Virus record (IMG/VR): IMGVR_UViG_3300032307_000652
Location: 30,877-94,876 of that record
From: a virus
Length of the DNA: 64,000 nucleotides
Reading direction: 5' to 3' (one strand)
Of this stretch, positions 1-9,061 are shown piece by piece (position 1 is the stretch's first letter; each line of letters opens with the position of its first letter). A model generated the notes under the pieces. It was not told the origin of the DNA. It did not search any database and saw only the letters and a program-made list of their open reading frames with translations. The translations under genes and the position numbers were made by a program.

Positions 1-425
1 TTTGTTAATTCAGATGGTGTAAACCATAATAATTCATTAATTTCACGACCTGCTGGAATTTCATAAATTTGTTGGTTTGGGACTAACGTGATATAATCTT
101 TTTTAAGAACCCAATCTCCAAGTGGGGATGATTGTAAACCAACTATTTTAGAATATGCTTGGGCATATCTATTTTCAAAATCTAAACTTTTAGTAACGAA
201 AGCTCTTGATAAAGATTGTGTATCTAAATTTAAGTTATTTAATGAAGTCCATTGTGACTCAATTAACCAATCTTGAACGTATTGGGCGTAATCCCCAATA
301 GAAAATTCTAAGATTGAGTCCATTTGTTCATCTTCCAATTCAATAGAACGAATTGGAGCTCCTAATACGTGTCTAACTTTTGTGTATAGTTGACTTCTGT
401 ATGGTTCGGCGATTATTGTATTCAT
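1..425 (-). CDS. Neck/head-tail adaptor protein, T4 gp13-like (partial, runs off the window's left edge)
   Basis: Not in the ORF track. Manual translation from ATG 425: MNTIIAEPYRSQLYTKVRHVLGAPIRSIELEDEQMDSILEFSIGDY...; LGAP.(I/V)EL..Q resembles the gp13 N-terminus. TATTTATA motif upstream at 441-448. Confidence 0.75.
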   Translation of the reverse strand, partial: MNTIIAEPYRSQLYTKVRHVLGAPIRSIELEDEQMDSILEFSIGDYAQYVQDWLIESQWTSLNNLNLDTQSLSRAFVTKSLDFENRYAQAYSKIVGLQSSPLGDWVLKKDYITLVPNQQIYEIPAGREINELLWFTPSELT

Positions 426-448
426 GAAGTGATATTTTTATATAAATA

Positions 449-1954
449 TCAATTCAGAGTATAAATTAAATCTTGTGTTGGGATTTTAAACATACTTGAA
501 CTAAAAGCTACTGTTTTGTTTTTAAAAATATAAACTTCTTTGTTAAGATTTGAGAAAATTAATAAGTCGGTATTAAATTTTTTGACAAACCCTTTGATTT
601 TAATATGGTAAAAACCTTCAATTACTTCCATATTTAAAATTGGTTTTACTTGAGCTGTTTGTATTTTATCATCAAAATTAACTGTTAAATCTGTACCCGC
701 AAAATCTTCTTTTGAACCTAAACTACCTACGATAACCGCGGTACCATCTCCGAATTCTTTATTGATTTTTTTAGCGACATACTCCTCAAGTTGACCACCT
801 TTGTCATGTGTTCTTTTTAAAAGTTTCATAATTTTATCAAGAGTTTTAGAACCTTTAAAAATTCTTTCACCAAAAAAACTCAGATATTCACAAAATTTAT
901 TTATTTCTTCTACTTGTTGTGAAGGTGTTACCCCAATAAAATTTAATGTGGGTTTATTTAGTTTTGTAAGAACAGCATTTAAATCATCAACTAAAATTTT
1001 AAACCCAATATAGTTTGTATTTAATTTATTAATTACTGAACGACCTGGTTGTTCTAAGTCGTAAATACCTGAAGACGAACCTTCAGAGTATTGATTGTTT
1101 TCACGCCACTTATCAGATAAAACTCTTTTTAATGTATTATCAATACATCTTCTATAAGTCCAAAGAACATTTTTATTATTACTAAAAATATCTGAATAAT
1201 CAGATACGTTTTCGTATAAAAGTTTTTTTTGTGAAATTGACTCGTTCAATTTTTTTTCAGTTTTTGATTTGTATAACTCGTTAACAAATTCCCAATTAAT
1301 TACGTCCCAAAAATTTTCAATATATTCGTCTCTTTTGTTTTGGTATTTTAAATAATAAGCGTGTTCCCACAAATCTAAACCTAACAACGGAAAACCACCT
1401 TTGTTTATTATGTTCATAAGTGGGTTGTCCTGATTTGAAGTTGACATAACTTTTAATCTACCAGTATCGGTTAACACTAACCAACACCATCCTGAACCAA
1501 ATCTTTTTCTTGAGATTTCTTCAAATTTAGTTTTGAAGTTACGATATGTTCCAAATTGTTTAACAATCTTTTCAAACACTTCACCACTTGGTTTTTGTGG
1601 GGTTGGTGATAACATCTTCCAAAACAATGCGTGATTAAATGCTCCACCTGCGTTGTTTCTTATTGTTGTATTATACTTTGAAATTTGTTTAACAATGTTT
1701 TCTAATTCAACATCACCATAATCTTTTTTACGAAGAGCTGAATTTAATTTTTTCACATACCCCTTGTAATGTTTTTGATAATGAAACTTCATTGTTTCGG
1801 GGTCAATAAATCTTCTTAATGATGCGTATCCATAAGGTAATTTATCAATACCTATGGTTTTCATTTCGTTAATAAAAAATTTGGTTTCAGGTTGAGTTTC
1901 CTCACCTAATATGCGACTAACTAATGACTCTGATACTAAATTTAACGATTTCAT
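449..1954 (-). CDS. sodA: Fe/Mn superoxide dismutase (Mn-type signatures) fused to a C-terminal putative PD-(D/E)XK nuclease-like domain
   Basis: SOD motifs MKFHYQKHYKGYV, NNAGGAFNHALFW, FGSGWCWL, NQDNP, DLWEHAYY, with all four metal ligands present. The extra ~270 aa contain G..LE..V...D..GTD......QVK. Confidence 0.85.
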   Translation of the reverse strand: MKSLNLVSESLVSRILGEETQPETKFFINEMKTIGIDKLPYGYASLRRFIDPETMKFHYQKHYKGYVKKLNSALRKKDYGDVELENIVKQISKYNTTIRNNAGGAFNHALFWKMLSPTPQKPSGEVFEKIVKQFGTYRNFKTKFEEISRKRFGSGWCWLVLTDTGRLKVMSTSNQDNPLMNIINKGGFPLLGLDLWEHAYYLKYQNKRDEYIENFWDVINWEFVNELYKSKTEKKLNESISQKKLLYENVSDYSDIFSNNKNVLWTYRRCIDNTLKRVLSDKWRENNQYSEGSSSGIYDLEQPGRSVINKLNTNYIGFKILVDDLNAVLTKLNKPTLNFIGVTPSQQVEEINKFCEYLSFFGERIFKGSKTLDKIMKLLKRTHDKGGQLEEYVAKKINKEFGDGTAVIVGSLGSKEDFAGTDLTVNFDDKIQTAQVKPILNMEVIEGFYHIKIKGFVKKFNTDLLIFSNLNKEVYIFKNKTVAFSSSMFKIPTQDLIYTLN

Positions 1955-1967
1955 TAATTATAAATAC

Positions 1968-3728
1968 TTACTTACTATTGATTTCGTTAAGTATTTGTTC
2001 AACAATATCTACAGAATTTTCATCTACATCACCCATAACCGTACCAATAATCTGTTTCTTCTTTATAAGAATGTCGTAGATAACACCTTCGATTGTATTT
2101 TCAAATAGTGGGTAGTACACTGAAACTGAATTTTTTTGACCGTATCTGTAAGCTCTGTCTTCCGCCTGACTATGTTCTGCAGGAACAAATGATAAGTCAT
2201 TCATAATAACCGCTTCACCTGCCGTGAGTGTTAATCCAACACCTGCCGCTTTCATATTACCACAAAAAACTTGTATTTTATCACTTTCTTGGAACTTGTC
2301 AACAGCATCTTGTCTTGCAGGTTTTGATGTTGACCCATCTAAATAAACAGATTTCTTACCAAAATGTTCGTGTATCTTTTTAAGTGGTTCAGTAAAGTTA
2401 CTGAAGATAATAACTTTTTTACCCTGCTCAATAATGTTCTCAGCAAGTTCAATTGTAATCGGTATTTTTTCTTCTGCAATAACTTGTCTTACTTTCATAA
2501 GTTTTGTAAACTGAACTGATAATGATTTTGATTCATCTTGTCTGTTATTATACCAATCATAATACTCACCCATCAAACCTTCGTATAATCTTGATTTCAA
2601 ACGAAGGTAAACAGGTGTCATAATTTTTTCAGGTAAATCTAAAACATCAGTTTTTAATCTTCTCAAAATTTGACGAGAAGTTCTTTCTCTTAACTCCTCC
2701 AAGTTTGATGCTCCTGTCACATTCCAAATCTTTTTACCTCCAACTCTAAACTGATATCCACCACAATATCTAATAGCATATGCTTGCCAGTTTTGACTTA
2801 CAGGACTATCAATAAGTTTTAAAATATTGTAGTAATTCATTGGACGAGAAGTCATTGGTGTTCCCGTTAGTAACCATAATTTTTTAATATTTTTGGTTAC
2901 ATCCATTATAATCTTTGTTCTTTGAGCTTGAGCATTTGAAACGTAATGTGCTTCGTCAATTACAACCAAATCAAATTTTGAATTAAGGATTGTTGAGTTT
3001 AATTTATCTTTTGGGTCGTGGAAGTTTTTAAGAATGTCGTAGTTAACAATCACGTAATCCGCTTGTTCAAACTTTTTACCCTCACAGATATAAACTGACT
3101 TGTCGGTATAGTTTTTAATTTCTCTTTCCCAATTTATTTTGAGTGATGCTGGACAAATAATTAAAACTCTATTTGCTCCACTTTCTAAAGATGCAATAAC
3201 GGTACTTGTTGTTTTACCAAGTCCCATATCATCCGCTAAAATAAACTTGTCGTTCTTTAATAACTTTTCAATTGCTTCTTTTTGGTGAGCAAGTGGTGGT
3301 CGGTTCTCATATTTTGTATAATCAACATCAACCAAGTTTTCAGTGTATTGTTTAATAACCGCTGCTTTGGGTATCCAAAAATCATGAATAGTCTCACCAC
3401 TAAAAATCTTACCCCAAATATGATATGATTTATCTTTCTCAATTAAAATCTTTTCAACATAGATTTTATCAGGTTCCTTAATAAATGGATTATCGGCAAC
3501 AAGTTTTTGAGAAAAATACGAGTCAATCTCAACCCATTTCTTGGCAACTTTTGGAACTACTGAATTATATTCAATAACATAATCACATTGGGCTCTCGTA
3601 GGGACATATTTTTTATTTGACTCAATCTGTTTTTTTAATTTAAGGATATAGTTATTTGAGCCCTGATAATTTTCAAGAATGGATATTGCCTGTTGTTCAA
3701 CACTTAAATGTCCCGTGGAAGTCGTCAA
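1968..3728 (-). CDS. SNF2-family (SMARCAL1/HARP-like) helicase/ATPase
   Basis: LADDMGLGKT, CPASLKINW, DEAH, LTGTP, QAEDRAYRYGQ motifs. Confidence 0.9.
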   Translation of the reverse strand: MTTSTGHLSVEQQAISILENYQGSNNYILKLKKQIESNKKYVPTRAQCDYVIEYNSVVPKVAKKWVEIDSYFSQKLVADNPFIKEPDKIYVEKILIEKDKSYHIWGKIFSGETIHDFWIPKAAVIKQYTENLVDVDYTKYENRPPLAHQKEAIEKLLKNDKFILADDMGLGKTTSTVIASLESGANRVLIICPASLKINWEREIKNYTDKSVYICEGKKFEQADYVIVNYDILKNFHDPKDKLNSTILNSKFDLVVIDEAHYVSNAQAQRTKIIMDVTKNIKKLWLLTGTPMTSRPMNYYNILKLIDSPVSQNWQAYAIRYCGGYQFRVGGKKIWNVTGASNLEELRERTSRQILRRLKTDVLDLPEKIMTPVYLRLKSRLYEGLMGEYYDWYNNRQDESKSLSVQFTKLMKVRQVIAEEKIPITIELAENIIEQGKKVIIFSNFTEPLKKIHEHFGKKSVYLDGSTSKPARQDAVDKFQESDKIQVFCGNMKAAGVGLTLTAGEAVIMNDLSFVPAEHSQAEDRAYRYGQKNSVSVYYPLFENTIEGVIYDILIKKKQIIGTVMGDVDENSVDIVEQILNEINSK

Positions 3729-3785
3729 AATATTTTAATTAACTATACAACTATAATAATAATCAAAAAAGAAATATTTATCAAT

Positions 3786-4301
3786 ATGTCAAATAGAATA
3801 GTTCCAATAACAAGATTAGGTAAATTTTTCGGAGCGGAAGATTACAACTTAGATATTAGTATGGGGAGAGAATGGTTAGAAGGTGATATGAACTTCACTC
3901 TTGTACTATATCGTGTTGACAAACAGAAGACAAATGTTGATGATGTTTATGGTGAGGCGTCGGTTGATGGGATTAAATTTTTACCCCCTGTTGAGTTTAA
4001 GGCTTTTTTACAAATTGTTGCCCCTGAAAATAAATTTCTTGGGTCAAGTAAGATTAATCAAATGGAACCAGGTAACGCAAGAATTTCTGTTTACCAAAAA
4101 CATTTAGATGAATTAGAAATCGATATTGAACTTGGAGATTATATTGGATATTATGAAACTGAAACCCAAGTGAGGTATTATGTGGTTAATAATGATGGTC
4201 GTGTTGTTTCAGATAACAAACACACATACGCAGGATATAAACCATTTTATAGAACAATAAACGCATCTCCTGTAATGGAAAACGAATTTAGAGGATTATA
4301 A
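3786..4301 (+). CDS. Neck/head-closure protein, T4 gp14-like
   Basis: DDVYGEA..F..PVEFKAFL resembles the gp14 family; lies directly before the gp15-like and sheath genes. Start moved to ATG 3786, just after the TATTTATC motif. Confidence 0.6.
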   Translation: MSNRIVPITRLGKFFGAEDYNLDISMGREWLEGDMNFTLVLYRVDKQKTNVDDVYGEASVDGIKFLPPVEFKAFLQIVAPENKFLGSSKINQMEPGNARISVYQKHLDELEIDIELGDYIGYYETETQVRYYVVNNDGRVVSDNKHTYAGYKPFYRTINASPVMENEFRGL

Positions 4302-4302
4302 A

Positions 4303-4461
4303 ATGAAAATTATTATTTCTGAAAAACAATTAAGAATGATTGTTGAGACAATACAAGATGGTAGGGTGATTTGTGATTGTGGTTGGTCTTGGGACTTATC
4401 TGACGGAGGAAACGACCCATATATTTGTCATAAATGTGGTAATAATAATGAAGAAAAATAA
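4303..4461 (+). CDS. Small 52-aa zinc-ribbon-like protein
   Basis: Not in the ORF track. MKIIISEKQLRMIVETIQDGRVICDCGWSWDLSDGGNDPYICHKCGNNNEEK; CxC...CxxC; fills the gap exactly, with a TAATG overlap into the next gene. Confidence 0.75.
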   Translation: MKIIISEKQLRMIVETIQDGRVICDCGWSWDLSDGGNDPYICHKCGNNNEEK

Positions 4462-5513
4462 TGGCGTTACCTAAAATTAAAAAAACTTTACCTTTAACAT
4501 ACCCTCCTGTCGGTTATGAAAGAAGATTAGAACTTCTTGAAGATATCAATAAGGACGGAACTTACTTGCCTAAATCTATTTTACATGAAGATTTAGATAG
4601 AGGTTTTTTGGATTTTGTTAAAAACGATTTAAAAACGGTTGTTGGTGGAAAAGTTGTCAGAGTTGTTGATATATTAATGACAACTCAGAATTGGGCTCAA
4701 TTCACACAAACTTGGGATTTTAATAACATTGATAAAAATGTTCAACCTCCAATTATTACAACAGTAAGAACACCTGAAGTAAAATTTGGGTCATTACCTT
4801 CATTAAGATATAATATACCAAATAGAAAACAATATTATTATGCTGCGGTCCCAACATGGGATGGACAAAGAAAAGGTATGGATATATATACTATTCCACA
4901 ACCAGTTCCTGTTGATATAAAATTTTCAGTTAAAATTATCTGTAATAGAATGAGAGAATTGAATAAATTCAATCAAATTGTTATCGAAAAATTTGCGTCT
5001 CGTCAAGCTTATACTCAAATTAAAGGACATTACATTCCAATAACACTTGACGAAGTATCTGATGAATCGGTTATGGATGTGGAAAAAAGAAGATATTATA
5101 TACAATCTTACGCTTTCACACTACAAGGATTTTTAAGTGATGAAGAAGAATATGAAGTTAAACCTGCAATTAGTAGGAGTTTAATGTTAGTTGAGTTAGA
5201 CAACAGAAAGAAAAAAGTAAAAAGAAAACAATACCCACCAAATCCTGACCAATATGTTTTTAATGCTAATTTTCCTGTAGGTGTAACTTCTTATACTCAA
5301 ACATTTAGTTATTCGGCAAATATTAATATTAATGGTGATGTTAATATAAACACGTATGAATTCTTAATTAACGGGTTATATTATGGAAACAATATTACAA
5401 CATTACCCGCTGGTGTGATACAAATTAATACAAATGATATTTTAACTATTAATATTGTTAAAACAAATAACGCTCAACCATCGTCATTTAATTTAGTTTC
5501 AACACTAATCTAA
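4461..5513 (+). CDS. Tail completion/sheath stabilizer, T4 gp15-like
   Basis: PVPVDIKFSVKI...ELNKFNQIVIEKF resembles the gp15 core; position just before the sheath gene. Confidence 0.7.
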   Translation: MALPKIKKTLPLTYPPVGYERRLELLEDINKDGTYLPKSILHEDLDRGFLDFVKNDLKTVVGGKVVRVVDILMTTQNWAQFTQTWDFNNIDKNVQPPIITTVRTPEVKFGSLPSLRYNIPNRKQYYYAAVPTWDGQRKGMDIYTIPQPVPVDIKFSVKIICNRMRELNKFNQIVIEKFASRQAYTQIKGHYIPITLDEVSDESVMDVEKRRYYIQSYAFTLQGFLSDEEEYEVKPAISRSLMLVELDNRKKKVKRKQYPPNPDQYVFNANFPVGVTSYTQTFSYSANININGDVNINTYEFLINGLYYGNNITTLPAGVIQINTNDILTINIVKTNNAQPSSFNLVSTLI

Positions 5514-5659
5514 CGTTCCCCGTAGATATCTTTTTTTTCCTCACAATTATCCTTAATTAGTTTTTCTAAAAACTTATGAATTTTTAAACCATGTTTCATA
5601 CAGTAGTCCTTTAGGATTTTATGACTGTCAGGGGATATTTTTATATTCTTAATTTCCAA
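5510..5659 (-). CDS. Small ribbon-helix-helix-like DNA-binding protein (49 aa, TTG start)
   Basis: Not in the ORF track. (M)EIKNIKISPDSHKILKDYCMKHGLKIHKFLEKLIKDNCEEKKDIYGER; strand-helix-G-helix RHH pattern; its own TATTTATA motif at 5694-5701 on the minus strand. Confidence 0.65.
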   Translation of the reverse strand: MEIKNIKISPDSHKILKDYCMKHGLKIHKFLEKLIKDNCEEKKDIYGER

Positions 5660-5677
5660 GGTAGAAAAAAGGTAGAA
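5660..5677. repeat. GGTAGAA-aaaa-GGTAGAA direct repeat, candidate operator
   Basis: Two 7-mers with an 11-bp period, between the RHH start codon and its promoter motif. Confidence 0.45.
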
Positions 5678-5737
5678 TTTATTCTTACTGATTTATAAAT
5701 AGTTAGTAATGCCATTAGTTTTTGATTAGAATGACAA

Positions 5738-5745
5738 TATTTATC
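5738..5745 (+). promoter_or_regulatory. TATTTAT late-promoter-like motif (sheath)
   Basis: The same motif recurs on the sense strand before most structural genes. Confidence 0.6.
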
Positions 5746-5779
5746 AATAAATAAATTTTTAAAAACATTTAAAATAAAC

Positions 5780-8700
5780 ATGGCAACATCAAACAAAGTT
5801 TTCGTCTCGCCGGGTGTATATACATCAGAAAGAGACTTATCATTTGTTTCACAAAGTGTCGGAGTTACTACTTTAGGTATAGTTGGGGAAACCTTGAGAG
5901 GTCCAGCGTTTGAACCTATATTCATTTCAAGCTACGGAGAATTTGAAACTTACTTCGGTAGTACACTTCCTGAAAAATTTGTGAATACACAAATCCCAAA
6001 ATATGAAGCTGCATACATTGCTAAATCATATTTACAACAATCAAATCAACTTTTTGTAACAAGAGTTTTAGGTTTATCAGGTTATGACGCAGGTCCTTCT
6101 TGGTCTATCACAACAGTTGCTAATGTTGATTGTAATACTATTGGAATTACTGGTGGAACTTCATTTAGTTTTGACTTTACGGGTTCAACCGCATCAACAA
6201 CTTCAATACAGTTTACTTCAGCAGTCCCTTCAGTGATTTCAGGTAATACTTATTACTCAAATAACTACACAGCATTTGATGGTACTAATTCATCAATATT
6301 GTCAGATTTAAGAAGTCAGATATCAAGTATTTTATCAACTAATTCATTATCTGCAACATCAGCATATTATTTTGGTCCTGTTTCAGGAACTCAAGTTAAC
6401 GCAAATGTTGTTGCGGGTTTAACTTCCGCAACAAATGTGTTTGATGTTGATAGTATAAGTGCTTCAACAATAGATTATTGTTCAGGTACAAATGACGCTT
6501 GGTTCTATGCTAACTTCGTACCGCCAGCAACAGGTGAGGCGTATTACGGAAACTCTTTCTATACTAATATTAGTTCTTTATCAGGAAGTGCGTTTAGTAC
6601 CGCTGGAAGTTTTACAGGAACTGTTTCAGGTTATTATTATGGATTTTCAGGTTTAACTTATTCAGGTTATAATGATTTAGTAATTGCGACACTTCGTTCA
6701 AGAGGGGTAACTAATTATTCATCTACTCAACATGGTCCTGAATATCAAGTAACAGGAACTTCTGACGTTCAAATGATTTGTACAGGAAGTTACTCTGCGG
6801 TAACTCAAAATCCATTTGCGACATTTGTAATTTCAGGTTTAAGTTACGATTCAACATCATTTAGTTTTGAAACGTCTTTTACACCTTCAAACGCTAACTT
6901 TATAACTAAAGTATTTGGAGTTGAAAACTTCGCTAAAGACCAATCTGAAGTTCCTTTGTTTGTTGAAGAAAGATATTCTACATTGTTATCTTACGGATAT
7001 AATAAAGGATTTATTAGAGGATTAAATTGTTCTTTAATATCTTTACCTGAAGCAAGAAATAATAATATTGATTCAATCGCATATTATTTAGAAAGATATC
7101 AAACTCCACAATCACCATGGGTTGTTTCAGAATTACGTGGTAATTTAGTTTACAGATTATTCAGAGCTGTTACAATTTCTGACGGAAATGATGCGAACGC
7201 TGAAATTAAAATTTCAATCGCAAACATTTCATTTAACAATGGAACATTTGATTTAATTGTTAGAGATTTCTTTGACACAGATTCTAACCCTGTTGTTTTA
7301 GAGAAATTCACTAATTGTAGTATGAATCCTGGTGAAAACAACTACGTAGCTAAAAAAGTTGGTAGTTCAGATGGTGAGTTCGCAATAAAATCAAAATTCA
7401 TTATGGTTGAAATTAACACGGAAGCTCCAGTTGACGCTCTTCCTTGTGGTTTTGAAGGTTTTGAAACTCGTAAATACACAGGTGCTAAATCACCGTTCCA
7501 AATTTATAAAACAAAGTATGACTATCCTGGTGAAGTTATTTACAACCCACCATTTGGAACTACTGCTGGTTTAGATAATGCGGTTCAAAGTTCAGGTGAT
7601 AACATAAGAAGAACTTATTTAGGTATTTCTTCAGCAGTGGCTTTCTCATCAGACTCACCAGGTTATGACCCTGATTTCTTCCAATATAAAGGAATGCCAA
7701 ATCCAATAACAACAACTTGTACTGAGCCAAGTCATGTAAGTTGGGGATTACAAACTAAAGGTTTCCACATGGATAGTGGAGCAACTTCGGTAACAATAGC
7801 AAATGTTTACTCAAATAGTGGACAAACAGCGTTTTATGTTGGAGCTGGGTCATTTAGTTCTGAACCTACTTCACAAACTAGCCCATATTACTTCTTGTAT
7901 TCTCGTAAGTTTACTTTCTTGGTACAAGGTGGTTTTGATGGATGGGATATCTATCGTGAATACAGAACAAATGCTGACCGTTACAGATTAGGTAACACTG
8001 GTTATAAACAAGGAGCGTTAGCGGGTTGTGTACCTTACACAGATGCTACAGGATGGGGAGCGTTTAAACAAATCACAGTTGGTGATAACACAGTTGATTA
8101 CGCAAACACTGACTATTATGCATACCTATTGGGTGTTCAACAATTCGCAAATCCTGAGGTAACAAATATCAATGTGTTAGTAACACCTGGTATTGATTAT
8201 GTTAACAATGGTGATTTAGTAGAACAAGTAATTGATATTGTTGAGAATGACAGAGCGGACTCAATCTACATCTGTACAACTCCTGATTTCAATTTATTAC
8301 AACCTTCAACTTCAATGGATAATTTAATTTACCCACAAGAAGCGGTTGATAACTTGGAAAACACTAATATTGATTCTAACTATACCGCAACTTACTACCC
8401 ATGGGTTCTTACTCGTGATACGGTAAATAACACTCAAATCTATATTCCAGCAACGGCTGAAGCAACAAGAAACTTCGCGTTAACAGATAACATCGCGTTC
8501 CCATGGTTCGCAACTGCTGGTTATACAAGAGGTGTGGTAAATGCGGTTAGAGCTCGTAAGAGATTAACTCAAGAAGATAGAGATACTCTTTACAAAGGAA
8601 GAATTAACCCAATCGCAACTTTCAACGACGTTGGAACTGTTATTTGGGGTAATAAAACTCTTCAAATTAGAGAGTCAGCTCTTGACAGAATTAACGTAAG

Positions 8701-8995
8701 AAGATTGTTATTACAAGCTCGTAAGTTGATTTCAGCAGTAGCCGTAAGATTATTGTTCGAACAAAACGACAACTTAGTAAGACAACAATTCTTAGATTCT
8801 GTTAACCCAATCTTAGATGCGATTCGTAGAGATAGAGGTTTGTATGACTTCAGAGTTACTGTTCAAAACACACCTGAAGACTTAGACGCTAACCAAATGG
8901 TAGGTAAGATTTACATCAAACCAACTAAAGCTCTTGAATTCATTGATATTGAGTTCTTAATCACTCCAACAGGAGCATCGTTTGAAAATATCTAA
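5780..8995 (+). CDS. Contractile tail sheath protein (gp18-like) with large insertions
   Basis: N-terminal FVSPGVYTSERD; C-terminal YYPW, PWFATAGYTRG, INPI, WGNKTL, RINVRRLL, FEQND, IKPTKALEFI. Confidence 0.95.
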   Translation: MATSNKVFVSPGVYTSERDLSFVSQSVGVTTLGIVGETLRGPAFEPIFISSYGEFETYFGSTLPEKFVNTQIPKYEAAYIAKSYLQQSNQLFVTRVLGLSGYDAGPSWSITTVANVDCNTIGITGGTSFSFDFTGSTASTTSIQFTSAVPSVISGNTYYSNNYTAFDGTNSSILSDLRSQISSILSTNSLSATSAYYFGPVSGTQVNANVVAGLTSATNVFDVDSISASTIDYCSGTNDAWFYANFVPPATGEAYYGNSFYTNISSLSGSAFSTAGSFTGTVSGYYYGFSGLTYSGYNDLVIATLRSRGVTNYSSTQHGPEYQVTGTSDVQMICTGSYSAVTQNPFATFVISGLSYDSTSFSFETSFTPSNANFITKVFGVENFAKDQSEVPLFVEERYSTLLSYGYNKGFIRGLNCSLISLPEARNNNIDSIAYYLERYQTPQSPWVVSELRGNLVYRLFRAVTISDGNDANAEIKISIANISFNNGTFDLIVRDFFDTDSNPVVLEKFTNCSMNPGENNYVAKKVGSSDGEFAIKSKFIMVEINTEAPVDALPCGFEGFETRKYTGAKSPFQIYKTKYDYPGEVIYNPPFGTTAGLDNAVQSSGDNIRRTYLGISSAVAFSSDSPGYDPDFFQYKGMPNPITTTCTEPSHVSWGLQTKGFHMDSGATSVTIANVYSNSGQTAFYVGAGSFSSEPTSQTSPYYFLYSRKFTFLVQGGFDGWDIYREYRTNADRYRLGNTGYKQGALAGCVPYTDATGWGAFKQITVGDNTVDYANTDYYAYLLGVQQFANPEVTNINVLVTPGIDYVNNGDLVEQVIDIVENDRADSIYICTTPDFNLLQPSTSMDNLIYPQEAVDNLENTNIDSNYTATYYPWVLTRDTVNNTQIYIPATAEATRNFALTDNIAFPWFATAGYTRGVVNAVRARKRLTQEDRDTLYKGRINPIATFNDVGTVIWGNKTLQIRESALDRINVRRLLLQARKLISAVAVRLLFEQNDNLVRQQFLDSVNPILDAIRRDRGLYDFRVTVQNTPEDLDANQMVGKIYIKPTKALEFIDIEFLITPTGASFENI

Positions 8996-9010
8996 AAAAT
9001 AATATCTAAA

Positions 9011-9040
9011 AAGACCCTCACAGAAATGTGGGGGTTTTTT
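9011..9040 (+). terminator. Intrinsic terminator after the sheath gene
   Basis: aagaccctcac-agaaat-gtggggg followed by a T-run. Confidence 0.8.
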
Positions 9041-9050
9041 ATTTTGTTAA

Positions 9051-9058
9051 TATTTATA
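9051..9058 (+). promoter_or_regulatory. TATTTATA late-promoter-like motif (HAD gene)
   Basis: 3 nt before ATG 9062. Confidence 0.55.
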
Positions 9059-9061
9059 GTT

